64,000 nucleotides of DNA from Acidimicrobiales bacterium (lineage in GTDB: Bacteria; Actinomycetota; Acidimicrobiia; Acidimicrobiales; SZUA-35), in contig OZ244195.1 of NCBI GenBank assembly GCA_965216685.1, positions 209,610 through 273,609 of the forward strand, written 5' to 3'. The translations under genes and the position numbers were made by a program. Of this stretch, positions 9,886 to 18,054 are shown in pieces. The notes beneath the pieces are model-generated. The model had not been told where the DNA came from. It did no database searches and saw only the letters and a program-made list of their open reading frames with translations. The number at the start of each line of letters is the position of its first letter. Position 1 is the stretch's first letter.

Positions 9886-10880
9886 ACTCCCACCACCTCG
9901 ATCTGCACCAGTCCCCGCTGCAGCAGCTCGCTGACCGAGGGATCGGGCCGCTCACCCAGTGGTCCGGTCCAGATGAACTCGTCGATCGAACCGAGCCGAC
10001 CGTTCACGATGCATCCCTGTCGATCCCATAGCGAAACAACCGTCTGACCGCCAAGGGGTCGGAGTTCGACCCCCGGTGACCAGGTAATACCGATCTCGGC
10101 ATCGGGAGGATGCTCGATCTCGCCGACGGCCCACCGCCGAGCCCGGTCAACCCAGTCCGGTCGTCCGGCGAGATCGTCCAGCGACCCGGCCCGCCGAATG
10201 CGTTCGTGTCGCTCAGCGAAGTCGGATCGGTCGGCGTCCAACACCTCCAGACCCAGAAACTTCGTGTTCACATAGAGGTAGCCCAGCTCCGTCAGGTCGG
10301 CCTTGAGGGCGGCTACCGCGGCGTCGACCGCGCTTTCGACGGCCGCCGGGGACCCAGGAGGCAGAAGATCGAGGGCTACCAGCCGGCGCCACTGCCGTTC
10401 ACGCCAGTAGACGACGCACGAGTTGATCAGGGCTGATCCGCCCAGATCGACCAGCGTGGCGGCGATCTGCTCATCGACGATCACCGGGGCCCCAATGACC
10501 AAGCGGGCCAACTGATTGTGGGTGGTCCGCCGTTCCAGCAGGACCGACATCGGGTCGACACTGAGAGTCCGCTGTCGCCACTCGTCAATCAGGCTGACTC
10601 GGCGGTCCAGCTGCTTGCGGGTCATCGTGTTGATGTCAACCAGGGTGGCCAGCTCGTGGGCGATGCTCTGCCCGAACGGCACCTCATCATCGGTGACCAC
10701 CAGGAGATCGATGTCGCTCCGTTCGTTGCCGTAACCGGCGGCCACCGAGCCGGTGGCCACCACATGACGGGGAGCGTACACCTCGGTACCGGCGATCTCG
10801 GTCAAGCGGTCGATAGTCACTCCGGCTCGACGAAGGAAGGCCGCCACGTTGTCCCTCGGGTCGCCGATGGTCCGGATCAT
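9882..10880 (-). CDS. nucleotidyltransferase-domain protein
   Basis: The Pol-beta-type NTase motif GSVAAGYGNERSDIDLLVVTDD (G-S...D-x-D) is present. The gene is translationally coupled to both the ACP gene and the downstream ORF. Confidence 0.6.
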   Translation of the reverse strand: MIRTIGDPRDNVAAFLRRAGVTIDRLTEIAGTEVYAPRHVVATGSVAAGYGNERSDIDLLVVTDDEVPFGQSIAHELATLVDINTMTRKQLDRRVSLIDEWRQRTLSVDPMSVLLERRTTHNQLARLVIGAPVIVDEQIAATLVDLGGSALINSCVVYWRERQWRRLVALDLLPPGSPAAVESAVDAAVAALKADLTELGYLYVNTKFLGLEVLDADRSDFAERHERIRRAGSLDDLAGRPDWVDRARRWAVGEIEHPPDAEIGITWSPGVELRPLGGQTVVSLWDRQGCIVNGRLGSIDEFIWTGPLGERPDPSVSELLQRGLVQIEVVGV

Positions 10881-11155
10881 GATTCGCCTCCCGGGGTTGG
10901 CAGTAGGTCGGCCACCACGGTCGCCAGATCACCGACCGCCATGTCGGTCCGGAACCGGGAATCAGCGGCAACCCGGTTGGCGAACTCCTTGGGCATGCCC
11001 CGGCCGATGGCCAGCTCGAGGTGGACCACCGACTCGACCAGCGACAGCGAATCGATTCCGGCGTCGACCAGGGAGGTCGACTCGTCAACCGGGCCGTCGG
11101 CACCGGCCACCAGCTTGAGCACGTCGAGCACCGCGGCCCGGTGTTCCCCGCTCAC
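10877..11155 (-). CDS. acyl carrier protein (stand-alone)
   Basis: 92 aa with the phosphopantetheine attachment motif LVDAGIDSLSLVE. Confidence 0.8.
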   Translation of the reverse strand: MSGEHRAAVLDVLKLVAGADGPVDESTSLVDAGIDSLSLVESVVHLELAIGRGMPKEFANRVAADSRFRTDMAVGDLATVVADLLPTPGGES

Positions 11156-12117
11156 CGGCGGGCCCAGATCTGTTCGCCCCGGCCGGTGTTGATGCCTTCC
11201 GTCTCAGCCCAGAACACCACCGTCGACCGCCAGGTGTCGAGAACGGTGGCCGAATCCATGGTGATGGCCGAGTCGAAGGCGTAGTCCTGCTCGAAGTAGG
11301 GAAGATAGACCTCGATCATTTCCAATAGTGCCATCTGGGCTCCTGACAACTCCGGTTCGATCAGCGGCCGGAAGAGCCGGTGATACACATCCTGGGAGAC
11401 GAACTTGGGCTTCGGACGATCAGGCGGGAGTATGTCGAACAGAACATCGACCATCTGCTCCAGGGTCGGTGCCGCCACTCCGGAGCTGGCATGCACGACG
11501 TCATCGCCGCTCGGTTGGCCGATCTCGGAGGCGATGACGTCGATGACGGCGTCGACCGGGACCACGTCGAGCTGCGCACCGCCTTTGCCGGGGATGGCGG
11601 GGACGAGCCCACACGAGAGCATCCGGATGAACTGGAAGATACCGGAGAAGCGGAGTATGTGCCCGCTGCCACGGCTGCCGATGACCAATGACGGCCTGAC
11701 GATCGTCGGTTCGACGCCACTGGCACGGACCGCCTGTTCGGCCGACCACTTCGACCGTTCGTAGGAGTTGTTGTGCCGACCCGACCGCGGCGGAGCATAA
11801 GCCGACGACACGAACAGAAAGCGGGGTGGCGGGCTGCAGCCGGCGACCGAAGCGGCCAAGGCGGCCGAGGCCGCCACATTTGTCGGCTCCAGCTCATCCC
11901 ATGCCCCGCCGAGGCGAATATCGGCAGCGGCGTGAATCACAAGATCGACCTGACGAACGGCCTCATGCAACTGATCAGGAATGGGATCGTGGAGATCCCA
12001 GAGTATGTCGCCCTGCCGACCGACCGTGACAACGGTGCACATGTCGTCGATCAACCGTTTGTGCAACAACGAGCCGATGGCACCGGTTGACCCGGTCAGG
12101 AGAACGGAGTGGGTCAT
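11152..12117 (-). CDS. thioester-reductase-like SDR (NAD-binding, fatty acyl reductase type)
   Basis: N-terminal Rossmann motif VLLTGSTGAIGS and SSAY...Y..SK-like catalytic context (SSAYAPP...YERSKWSAE). It has 4-nt overlaps with the ACP and LLM genes. Confidence 0.65.
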   Translation of the reverse strand: MTHSVLLTGSTGAIGSLLHKRLIDDMCTVVTVGRQGDILWDLHDPIPDQLHEAVRQVDLVIHAAADIRLGGAWDELEPTNVAASAALAASVAGCSPPPRFLFVSSAYAPPRSGRHNNSYERSKWSAEQAVRASGVEPTIVRPSLVIGSRGSGHILRFSGIFQFIRMLSCGLVPAIPGKGGAQLDVVPVDAVIDVIASEIGQPSGDDVVHASSGVAAPTLEQMVDVLFDILPPDRPKPKFVSQDVYHRLFRPLIEPELSGAQMALLEMIEVYLPYFEQDYAFDSAITMDSATVLDTWRSTVVFWAETEGINTGRGEQIWARR

Positions 12118-13235
12118 TTCGAATCGTTGTTCCCTTCAGCCAGTAGGTCTCGAAGCCGGGCAACTCGTTCCACCGAGCCAGGCATTAGTGCCATATTGGT
12201 GAGCGGAGCGGTGTCCAGAGGGGCGAAATACTGCAGGCCGGCATCCTGGTACTGCCTGATCTTGGCTGCCACCTCTTCCACGGTGCCATGGATGAAATAG
12301 TCGTGAGCGATGAGGGGATCGGGCAAGCTGTCCATCGCCGCCCTCAGCTCGGCCTCGGTCAGGGCCTCGGGTATGTACTCGAGGACCGTCGTTCCCAGCC
12401 CCAGCGGATGCTTCAACCCCAGGGCCGACCAGAACTCCTCGGGAAGCACCAGTAGAAACTGCTTGGCCGCCGACGTGGCCATCATGGCGTGGGCCTCCTC
12501 GTGGGTGTCGGCCAGGCAGATCGGGGTGTTGAGCCCGGCGACGATGGACATGGGGTCGCGGCCGGCCCGCTCAGCTGACGATCGAACGACAGCCAGGCGT
12601 TGGGCGTATTCGTCGGGATCGAACGGCATGAACGGCAACCAGCCGTCTCCCAGGCGTCCGGTTATCTCCAGCATCCGAGGTCCGTGAGCACCAATCCAGA
12701 TCTCGGGATACGCGTCGTGGAAGGGAGCGATGTCGAGCACGGCGTGATCGATCGACCAGTGACGCCCGTCGAAGTGGGGGTCATCCTGTTCCCACATCGA
12801 CCTGATGACCTGGAGCGCCTCGTCGAACCGCGAAACCAGTCGATTCGAATCGAGGCCGTACGGCGTGAGGTTGGCCGCTTCCCCGCAACCCAATCCCAGG
12901 ACAAACCGTCCCTGGGTCAGCAAACTCATGGTCAGCGCCTTGACCGCCAGCTGGGCCGGTGCCACCCGAACAGGATCGCTGACGGCAGTAACGAATCGAA
13001 TGTTGTCGGTGTGTTGAGCCCAGGCCGCCATGGTGGTGAACGGGTCGAGGAAGGCGTGGGGACTGGGCAGCATGGACGCCACGTTGCCGACTTCGGGCCA
13101 GAGCGCCTTGGGAAACCACGACATGATGCGGTCCGGCACGAACACAGCATCCAACTCCGCCTGTTCGGCTTCGAACACCATCTGATCGGCGATGGCCAGT
13201 GGAGGCACAGCCATGACACCAAGTCCGACCTTCAT
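12114..13235 (-). CDS. LLM-class (luciferase-like) flavin/F420-dependent oxidoreductase
   Basis: The TIM-barrel LLM pattern is present (FVLGLGCGEA...., IWIGAHGPRMLEITGRLGDGWLP). Confidence 0.7.
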   Translation of the reverse strand: MKVGLGVMAVPPLAIADQMVFEAEQAELDAVFVPDRIMSWFPKALWPEVGNVASMLPSPHAFLDPFTTMAAWAQHTDNIRFVTAVSDPVRVAPAQLAVKALTMSLLTQGRFVLGLGCGEAANLTPYGLDSNRLVSRFDEALQVIRSMWEQDDPHFDGRHWSIDHAVLDIAPFHDAYPEIWIGAHGPRMLEITGRLGDGWLPFMPFDPDEYAQRLAVVRSSAERAGRDPMSIVAGLNTPICLADTHEEAHAMMATSAAKQFLLVLPEEFWSALGLKHPLGLGTTVLEYIPEALTEAELRAAMDSLPDPLIAHDYFIHGTVEEVAAKIRQYQDAGLQYFAPLDTAPLTNMALMPGSVERVARLRDLLAEGNNDSK

Positions 13236-13237
13236 CC

Positions 13238-13738
13238 CTACGAGACTCGTTCTTCCCGGCCCAGGATCCGAGCGACGTCGGCCAGCAATCCGGTCAGCAC
13301 CGTCTGGATGTTGCCGTCGATGACATCACCGATCAAAGGCAGACCGAAGGTGCCGGCCAACTGGACCGACAGCCGCGTGGCTCCACCGTCGGCATCTGCG
13401 AGCGACCACTCTCCTTGCAGGGAGGCCAGATCACCGGCCAGGTGCTCCACAGTGGCCCGATGGTTGTCGGGATCGAAGTTCTCCCGGGTCGTACCGTGCA
13501 GTACTGACCCATTGACCAGCAGCTCCCATTTGGTGACCCGAGCGGTCGGCGTCTGCTCCTTGACAGCCAGCGATCGCACACTTGGATGGGCCGGAACAGG
13601 GGGCTCGGAGGTCAGTGACGCCCAAACGTGCTCAACCGGCTCAGCGGTGATCCAGGTGGTGGCGACGTCGAACACGCAAGAGAATCTAGCACAGGCATCC
13701 TGCATATACCTGCGCCAGGATGTCGGTCGAATCAACAC
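13238..13738 (-). CDS. SRPBCC family protein (second copy in the cluster)
   Basis: The Polyketide_cyc2-like pattern is present (W..L........P.V.S...........W.L..NG). An alternative start lies at 13705. Confidence 0.5.
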   Translation of the reverse strand: MLIRPTSWRRYMQDACARFSCVFDVATTWITAEPVEHVWASLTSEPPVPAHPSVRSLAVKEQTPTARVTKWELLVNGSVLHGTTRENFDPDNHRATVEHLAGDLASLQGEWSLADADGGATRLSVQLAGTFGLPLIGDVIDGNIQTVLTGLLADVARILGREERVS

Positions 13739-13842
13739 CTTCCATTAACAATGTTATCGACGAGACCATATCGGTGATGTCAGCGGTCAATCCCGGTGTC
13801 GATTGTCTGCGTCCTGCCCTCTTCGGACGTCTCGAATTCCCG

Positions 13843-15447
13843 TTAGGAGACTGTCTGAACCCTGATGTCGTCGATCAGGTTTCCAACGCTGCCTCGGGTC
13901 ACGGCGGAGATGGCGAACTGAATTCGATTGACTCCCGGCGGCACCCGATACTCGCCCGACCGTCGCTGCCACCGGTCGCCGGACGCCGTGAACTGGACAG
14001 CAGGAGCTCCGGCCGGACCGAACTGGACGGCCACCGTTTCCCCTTCGCCGGTTCGGCTTCGATGTTGAAAACTCCAAACCAGGGTTGCGCCGGGAGTGAC
14101 GTCGAGCTGCTGGGTGATGGTGGTGGGAGCCGTTCCGTTGAGTTCGAGGAAGTGCGAGCCGCTGGCCGCTGTCACCCCCTCGAATCCGCTGGCCCAGATC
14201 TCGAAGGTGCCATTGGAGCTGGCCCATCCGGCGATGCTGTCGTTGCCGTAGAAACGGACGGTGTCGACGCCGCCGACGCCCTGCTCGAAGTCGCCGTTGG
14301 CAACGGCGATCGCCGGCCTCTCCACGGGGGCGGCGTCTTCGCCGTCGTCATCGTCATCGTCGCCGCCGCCATTGTCACCGCCGCCGTCCTGGCCGCCGCC
14401 GACGTAGAAGTGGAGTGGTGGGCTCTCCTCGGTGACCTGGCGGGAACGGGTGCGGCCGGTAACCGTCCAGCGCACCGTCCGGTCGTCGTAGCGGCGAACG
14501 TCGACCGTCCATGAGTCGGAGCGCCACCGACTGCGGCCGACCTGCCGCCAACGGTCGTCGTCCCACACGTACACCGTGAAGCGGTAACGCAGCTGCTCAT
14601 CGCTCCCCTCGGCCTGCAAGGTCACCCGGCTGGAGGAGACGGCCTGGGGGTTCTGAGGGTCGGACCCGCCGGGACCGACGGGTCGGGCCCACGGACCCTC
14701 CGGCTCGGCAGCCGTGGTGGTCGTGGGCTCGGTGGATGGGGTGGTGGAGGACGCAACCGTCGTCGACGAGGAGGCGGTCGATGCGGTGGTGGACGGCGGC
14801 CGGGTCGTGGTGGTGGACACCCAGTCGCCGTCGGGGCCGGTCAACGCGTCGTCGGGTTCGATGATCTGTCCGGGCACGAACCCGGAGCCCGACGACGATC
14901 CCAAGGTCCCGGTGGAGCGGCCTGGCGTCTGGCCGCCTGGCGTCTGGCCGCCGCCGGCCGACTGGCTGGAAACGGCCAAAGCTTGAGCGTCAACATCGAC
15001 CGAACCAGATTCGGAGGCACTCGAGACCTCCGACTCCCCGTCGGTGTCGGCCGCCCCGGCTGTGGCCGCCGCGGAGTCGACCTCTGCCGCCGAGTCGGTC
15101 TCGGGGGCATCGCCATTGCCGCCCAACGACTGCCCGTTACGGGAGATGAACAGTGCGAAGATGGCGATGAGTACGGCGGTAGCACCAAGGGCCAGTAGGG
15201 GCCACTTGCCGGCCTCGACCAGCGACCGCCGCCAATCGCCACCGGCCGACTCGACGGCAACGGCCCGGCGATCAGGTTGCTGGAAGGGCAGCTCGTCGGT
15301 ATCGAGACGAACCGACACGCCGGTCGACGGGCGGCTGGTGACCGCTGATGAGTCGTCGGCCAGAACCCAACCCCGAGGGCCATCGCCGGCGCCTCGGCTG
15401 ACGCCTTCGTCGACAAGCTGGTCGGAGCCCACGTTGTCCACCTCCAC
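13843..15447 (-). CDS. membrane-anchored surface protein with a C-terminal DUF642/galactose-binding-like domain
   Basis: One TM segment (WPLLALGATAVLIAIFALFI), a Ser/Thr/Pro-rich linker, a Gly/Asp low-complexity run (GGGDNGGGDDDDDDGED) and a C-terminal domain (FEQG....SIAGW.....FEIW......ASGSHFLELN). Confidence 0.55.
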   Translation of the reverse strand: MEVDNVGSDQLVDEGVSRGAGDGPRGWVLADDSSAVTSRPSTGVSVRLDTDELPFQQPDRRAVAVESAGGDWRRSLVEAGKWPLLALGATAVLIAIFALFISRNGQSLGGNGDAPETDSAAEVDSAAATAGAADTDGESEVSSASESGSVDVDAQALAVSSQSAGGGQTPGGQTPGRSTGTLGSSSGSGFVPGQIIEPDDALTGPDGDWVSTTTTRPPSTTASTASSSTTVASSTTPSTEPTTTTAAEPEGPWARPVGPGGSDPQNPQAVSSSRVTLQAEGSDEQLRYRFTVYVWDDDRWRQVGRSRWRSDSWTVDVRRYDDRTVRWTVTGRTRSRQVTEESPPLHFYVGGGQDGGGDNGGGDDDDDDGEDAAPVERPAIAVANGDFEQGVGGVDTVRFYGNDSIAGWASSNGTFEIWASGFEGVTAASGSHFLELNGTAPTTITQQLDVTPGATLVWSFQHRSRTGEGETVAVQFGPAGAPAVQFTASGDRWQRRSGEYRVPPGVNRIQFAISAVTRGSVGNLIDDIRVQTVS

Positions 15448-15505
15448 AGCCGATCATTCTACCGGCGACACCATGGATGATCATGCTGAGGCCTGGCAGA
15501 TGACC

Positions 15506-16300
15506 TCAGGGCGACTGGAGGTCGGGGCCCAGCTGCACGGTCAATGGAGCATGATCCGACGAGCCCGGTCGTCCCCGCAGATCCCGATCGACGGTAACGG
15601 CCTCGACCCGATCGGCGGTTTTGGGATCGGCCAGCGCGTGGTCGAGCCGCCATCCCCGGTCCGTCTCGTAGAAGTCACCCCGACGGTTCCACCAGGTGAA
15701 CACCGGATTCTCCCGGTGGGCGGTCCGCACCAGATCAACTAGTCCGGCCCCCAGCAGATCTCCAAAAACCGCCCGTTCCGCCGGGCTGGTGAGATTTCGC
15801 TTCCGGTACCGGTCGGCATCCCAGACATCGATGTCGGACGGGGCCACGTTGAGGTCTCCGATGACCATGGTGGGAGCACCCTCGGCCAGACCATCCACCC
15901 CTATCCAGGCCGTGAAAAGTCGCAGCCAGGCCAGCTTGATCTCGTGGTGGCGGGTACCCACCTTCCGGCCGTTTGGCCCGTAGACCGTATGGAGACGGAT
16001 GCCGTTGACCGTGGCCGAAATCGACCGCTGCTCGTGCAACGGCCGCCGGGCCCCGGGTATGCCGACCACGGCGTCGTCCAGACCAACCCGGCTGGCCAGC
16101 GCCACCCCACCCTGTCCCCCACGCTCGTCGGTGCACACAAGCTCGAATCCCCGGCGGTCAAACAGCTGGCGGGGAAAGACCCGGGCCGAAGCCTTGGTCT
16201 CCTGGAGACAGACGACCGACGGTTGGTCTCGGTCGAGCCACTCGGCCACCAGATCCCGACGAGCTCGAACAGAGTCGACGTTCCAGCTGGCGATGCGCAC
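15506..16300 (-). CDS. xthA: exodeoxyribonuclease III
   Basis: MRIASWNVDSVRAR start, QETK, GDLNVAPSDIDVWD and a C-terminal SDHAPL motif. Confidence 0.9.
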   Translation of the reverse strand: MRIASWNVDSVRARRDLVAEWLDRDQPSVVCLQETKASARVFPRQLFDRRGFELVCTDERGGQGGVALASRVGLDDAVVGIPGARRPLHEQRSISATVNGIRLHTVYGPNGRKVGTRHHEIKLAWLRLFTAWIGVDGLAEGAPTMVIGDLNVAPSDIDVWDADRYRKRNLTSPAERAVFGDLLGAGLVDLVRTAHRENPVFTWWNRRGDFYETDRGWRLDHALADPKTADRVEAVTVDRDLRGRPGSSDHAPLTVQLGPDLQSP

Positions 16301-16320
16301 GGTTATCGGACTCCCCGACG

Positions 16321-17991
16321 TCAGGTGAACCGGGCGAACCGGGCTCGGCGATGCTCGTGACGCAGCCAGTCTTCGGCCGCCCGGCTGCGGCGGTTGAGCT
16401 GGATGATGGTGGCTTCCGACACCTTGCCGATGCCGGCCCGGCGGTTCAGCTCGGCGTTGACCTGGGCATGGGGCCGACCGGTGAGATCGACCAGCTCCTT
16501 GGTCAGGTCGCTGTTCATCCGCCTCAGTCGATCACGCTCGTTGCGATCAAATTCTCGACCGAATGCCGACAAGGTCGTCGCCCCGGCTGAGGCCGCCGCC
16601 ACCGCCGGAGGAGGCAGTTGCCCCAAGTCGACGGTGAGAGCATCCAGGCCGTGCTGACCGTCGGGCTCCAGCTCGTCATCGGCCGCCAGCGGCTCGTCGT
16701 GATGGTTGAAGACATCGTGCTCGCCTTCGGTGGCAGTGGCCGACAGGACCGAGAACAGCGACATCTGATCGTCCTGGTTGCCTTCCCGCTCATCGCCCGG
16801 TTGGCGAGAGTCCTTGTTGAGGTTGTGGCGCCGGGAATCGGCGATGGTGAAACCGTAGTGGCGAAGCCTGACATCGTCGGGAATGAACATGTAGGCCCGC
16901 TGACGACCCCCGCCGGCCACGTGACGCACGATCCGGCCGACAGCCTGCCGGAAGAACAGTTCGGTGGTCGTTGTGGTGGCGTACACGGCAACCCGGAGAC
17001 GGGGGATGTCGACTCCCTCCGACACCATGCGAACGGCCACGATCCATGGATCGGTGGCATCGGCGAACCGGGAGATACGGGCCGAGGCGTCAGGATCTTC
17101 GCTGGTGGCCACCACGGCCTTCTGCCCGAACCGGTGCCGCAACAACTCGGCGATCCCCCGGGCATGGTCCTGGTCGCCGGCGATGACCAGGCCACCGGCA
17201 TCGGTGTGGCTGGAGCGGATCTTCATCAGCTGCTGGTTGGCATGGCCGATCACCGAGGGCAGCCACTCGCCGTCCAGGCTCAGCGCCGCCCGTAACCGCT
17301 GGTTGGCCTGAGTGCGGGCCAACGAGTCGTCGAAGGAGGCGGCCAGCAGCGCCCCGTCGGGGGCGGTCCACTCCATGAATCCCCCGAAGCGGGGAAAGTA
17401 GACGGGGCGGACCACTCGACCATCGGCCAGCGCGTCGCCGTAGCCGTACTCGACGTCGGGAACGACGACGTCGTTGTCGTAGCGCACGAAGGGGATGGTG
17501 TTGGTGTCGGATCGAAAGGGAGTACCGGAGAGGCTGAGTCGGCGGGCCGCGCCGTCGAATCCGACTCTGACGCCATCGCCCCAGGTTCGCTCCTCGCCGG
17601 CGTGGTGAATCTCGTCGAGAACCACAAATCCGCCCTGGGAAAGGGCGAAGAACGGCTCGGGGCTGCTTCCCACCTGCTGGTAGGTCGTGACCACGCCGTG
17701 GGAGTCGGCCGGGATCAGATCACCGGGCTGCCAGTCGGTCACAAGGTGCAGACCAAAACGTTGGGCGGCATCGGCCCACTGCTCCTTGAGATGACGGGTG
17801 GGGGCGACCACTACCAGCCGGCCGGGCAGATTGGCCATCGTCATCCGGGCTGCGGTCAGGGCGAACGTGGTTTTGCCCGCTCCCGGGGTGGCCACGGCCA
17901 GAAAGTCCGGTTTTTTGTCGGCCAGGAACGTGTCCAGGGCCCGGCGTTGCCAGACCCGCAATCGCAACGTTGATGCCGTTCGGGAACCCAT
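16321..17991 (-). CDS. superfamily-2 DEAD/DEAH-box helicase
   Basis: Walker A ATPGAGKTT, DEIHH box, SGTPFRSD motif and helicase C-terminal domain (VRMVSEGVDIPRL...QAVGRIVR). Confidence 0.8.
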   Translation of the reverse strand: MGSRTASTLRLRVWQRRALDTFLADKKPDFLAVATPGAGKTTFALTAARMTMANLPGRLVVVAPTRHLKEQWADAAQRFGLHLVTDWQPGDLIPADSHGVVTTYQQVGSSPEPFFALSQGGFVVLDEIHHAGEERTWGDGVRVGFDGAARRLSLSGTPFRSDTNTIPFVRYDNDVVVPDVEYGYGDALADGRVVRPVYFPRFGGFMEWTAPDGALLAASFDDSLARTQANQRLRAALSLDGEWLPSVIGHANQQLMKIRSSHTDAGGLVIAGDQDHARGIAELLRHRFGQKAVVATSEDPDASARISRFADATDPWIVAVRMVSEGVDIPRLRVAVYATTTTTELFFRQAVGRIVRHVAGGGRQRAYMFIPDDVRLRHYGFTIADSRRHNLNKDSRQPGDEREGNQDDQMSLFSVLSATATEGEHDVFNHHDEPLAADDELEPDGQHGLDALTVDLGQLPPPAVAAASAGATTLSAFGREFDRNERDRLRRMNSDLTKELVDLTGRPHAQVNAELNRRAGIGKVSEATIIQLNRRSRAAEDWLRHEHRRARFARFT

Positions 17992-18054
17992 CGACCCGAC
18001 AGTGTGCCAGCGTCGCTCTTCGATGCCACCCCGCCGTCGGGGCCTGGTGTCGGC

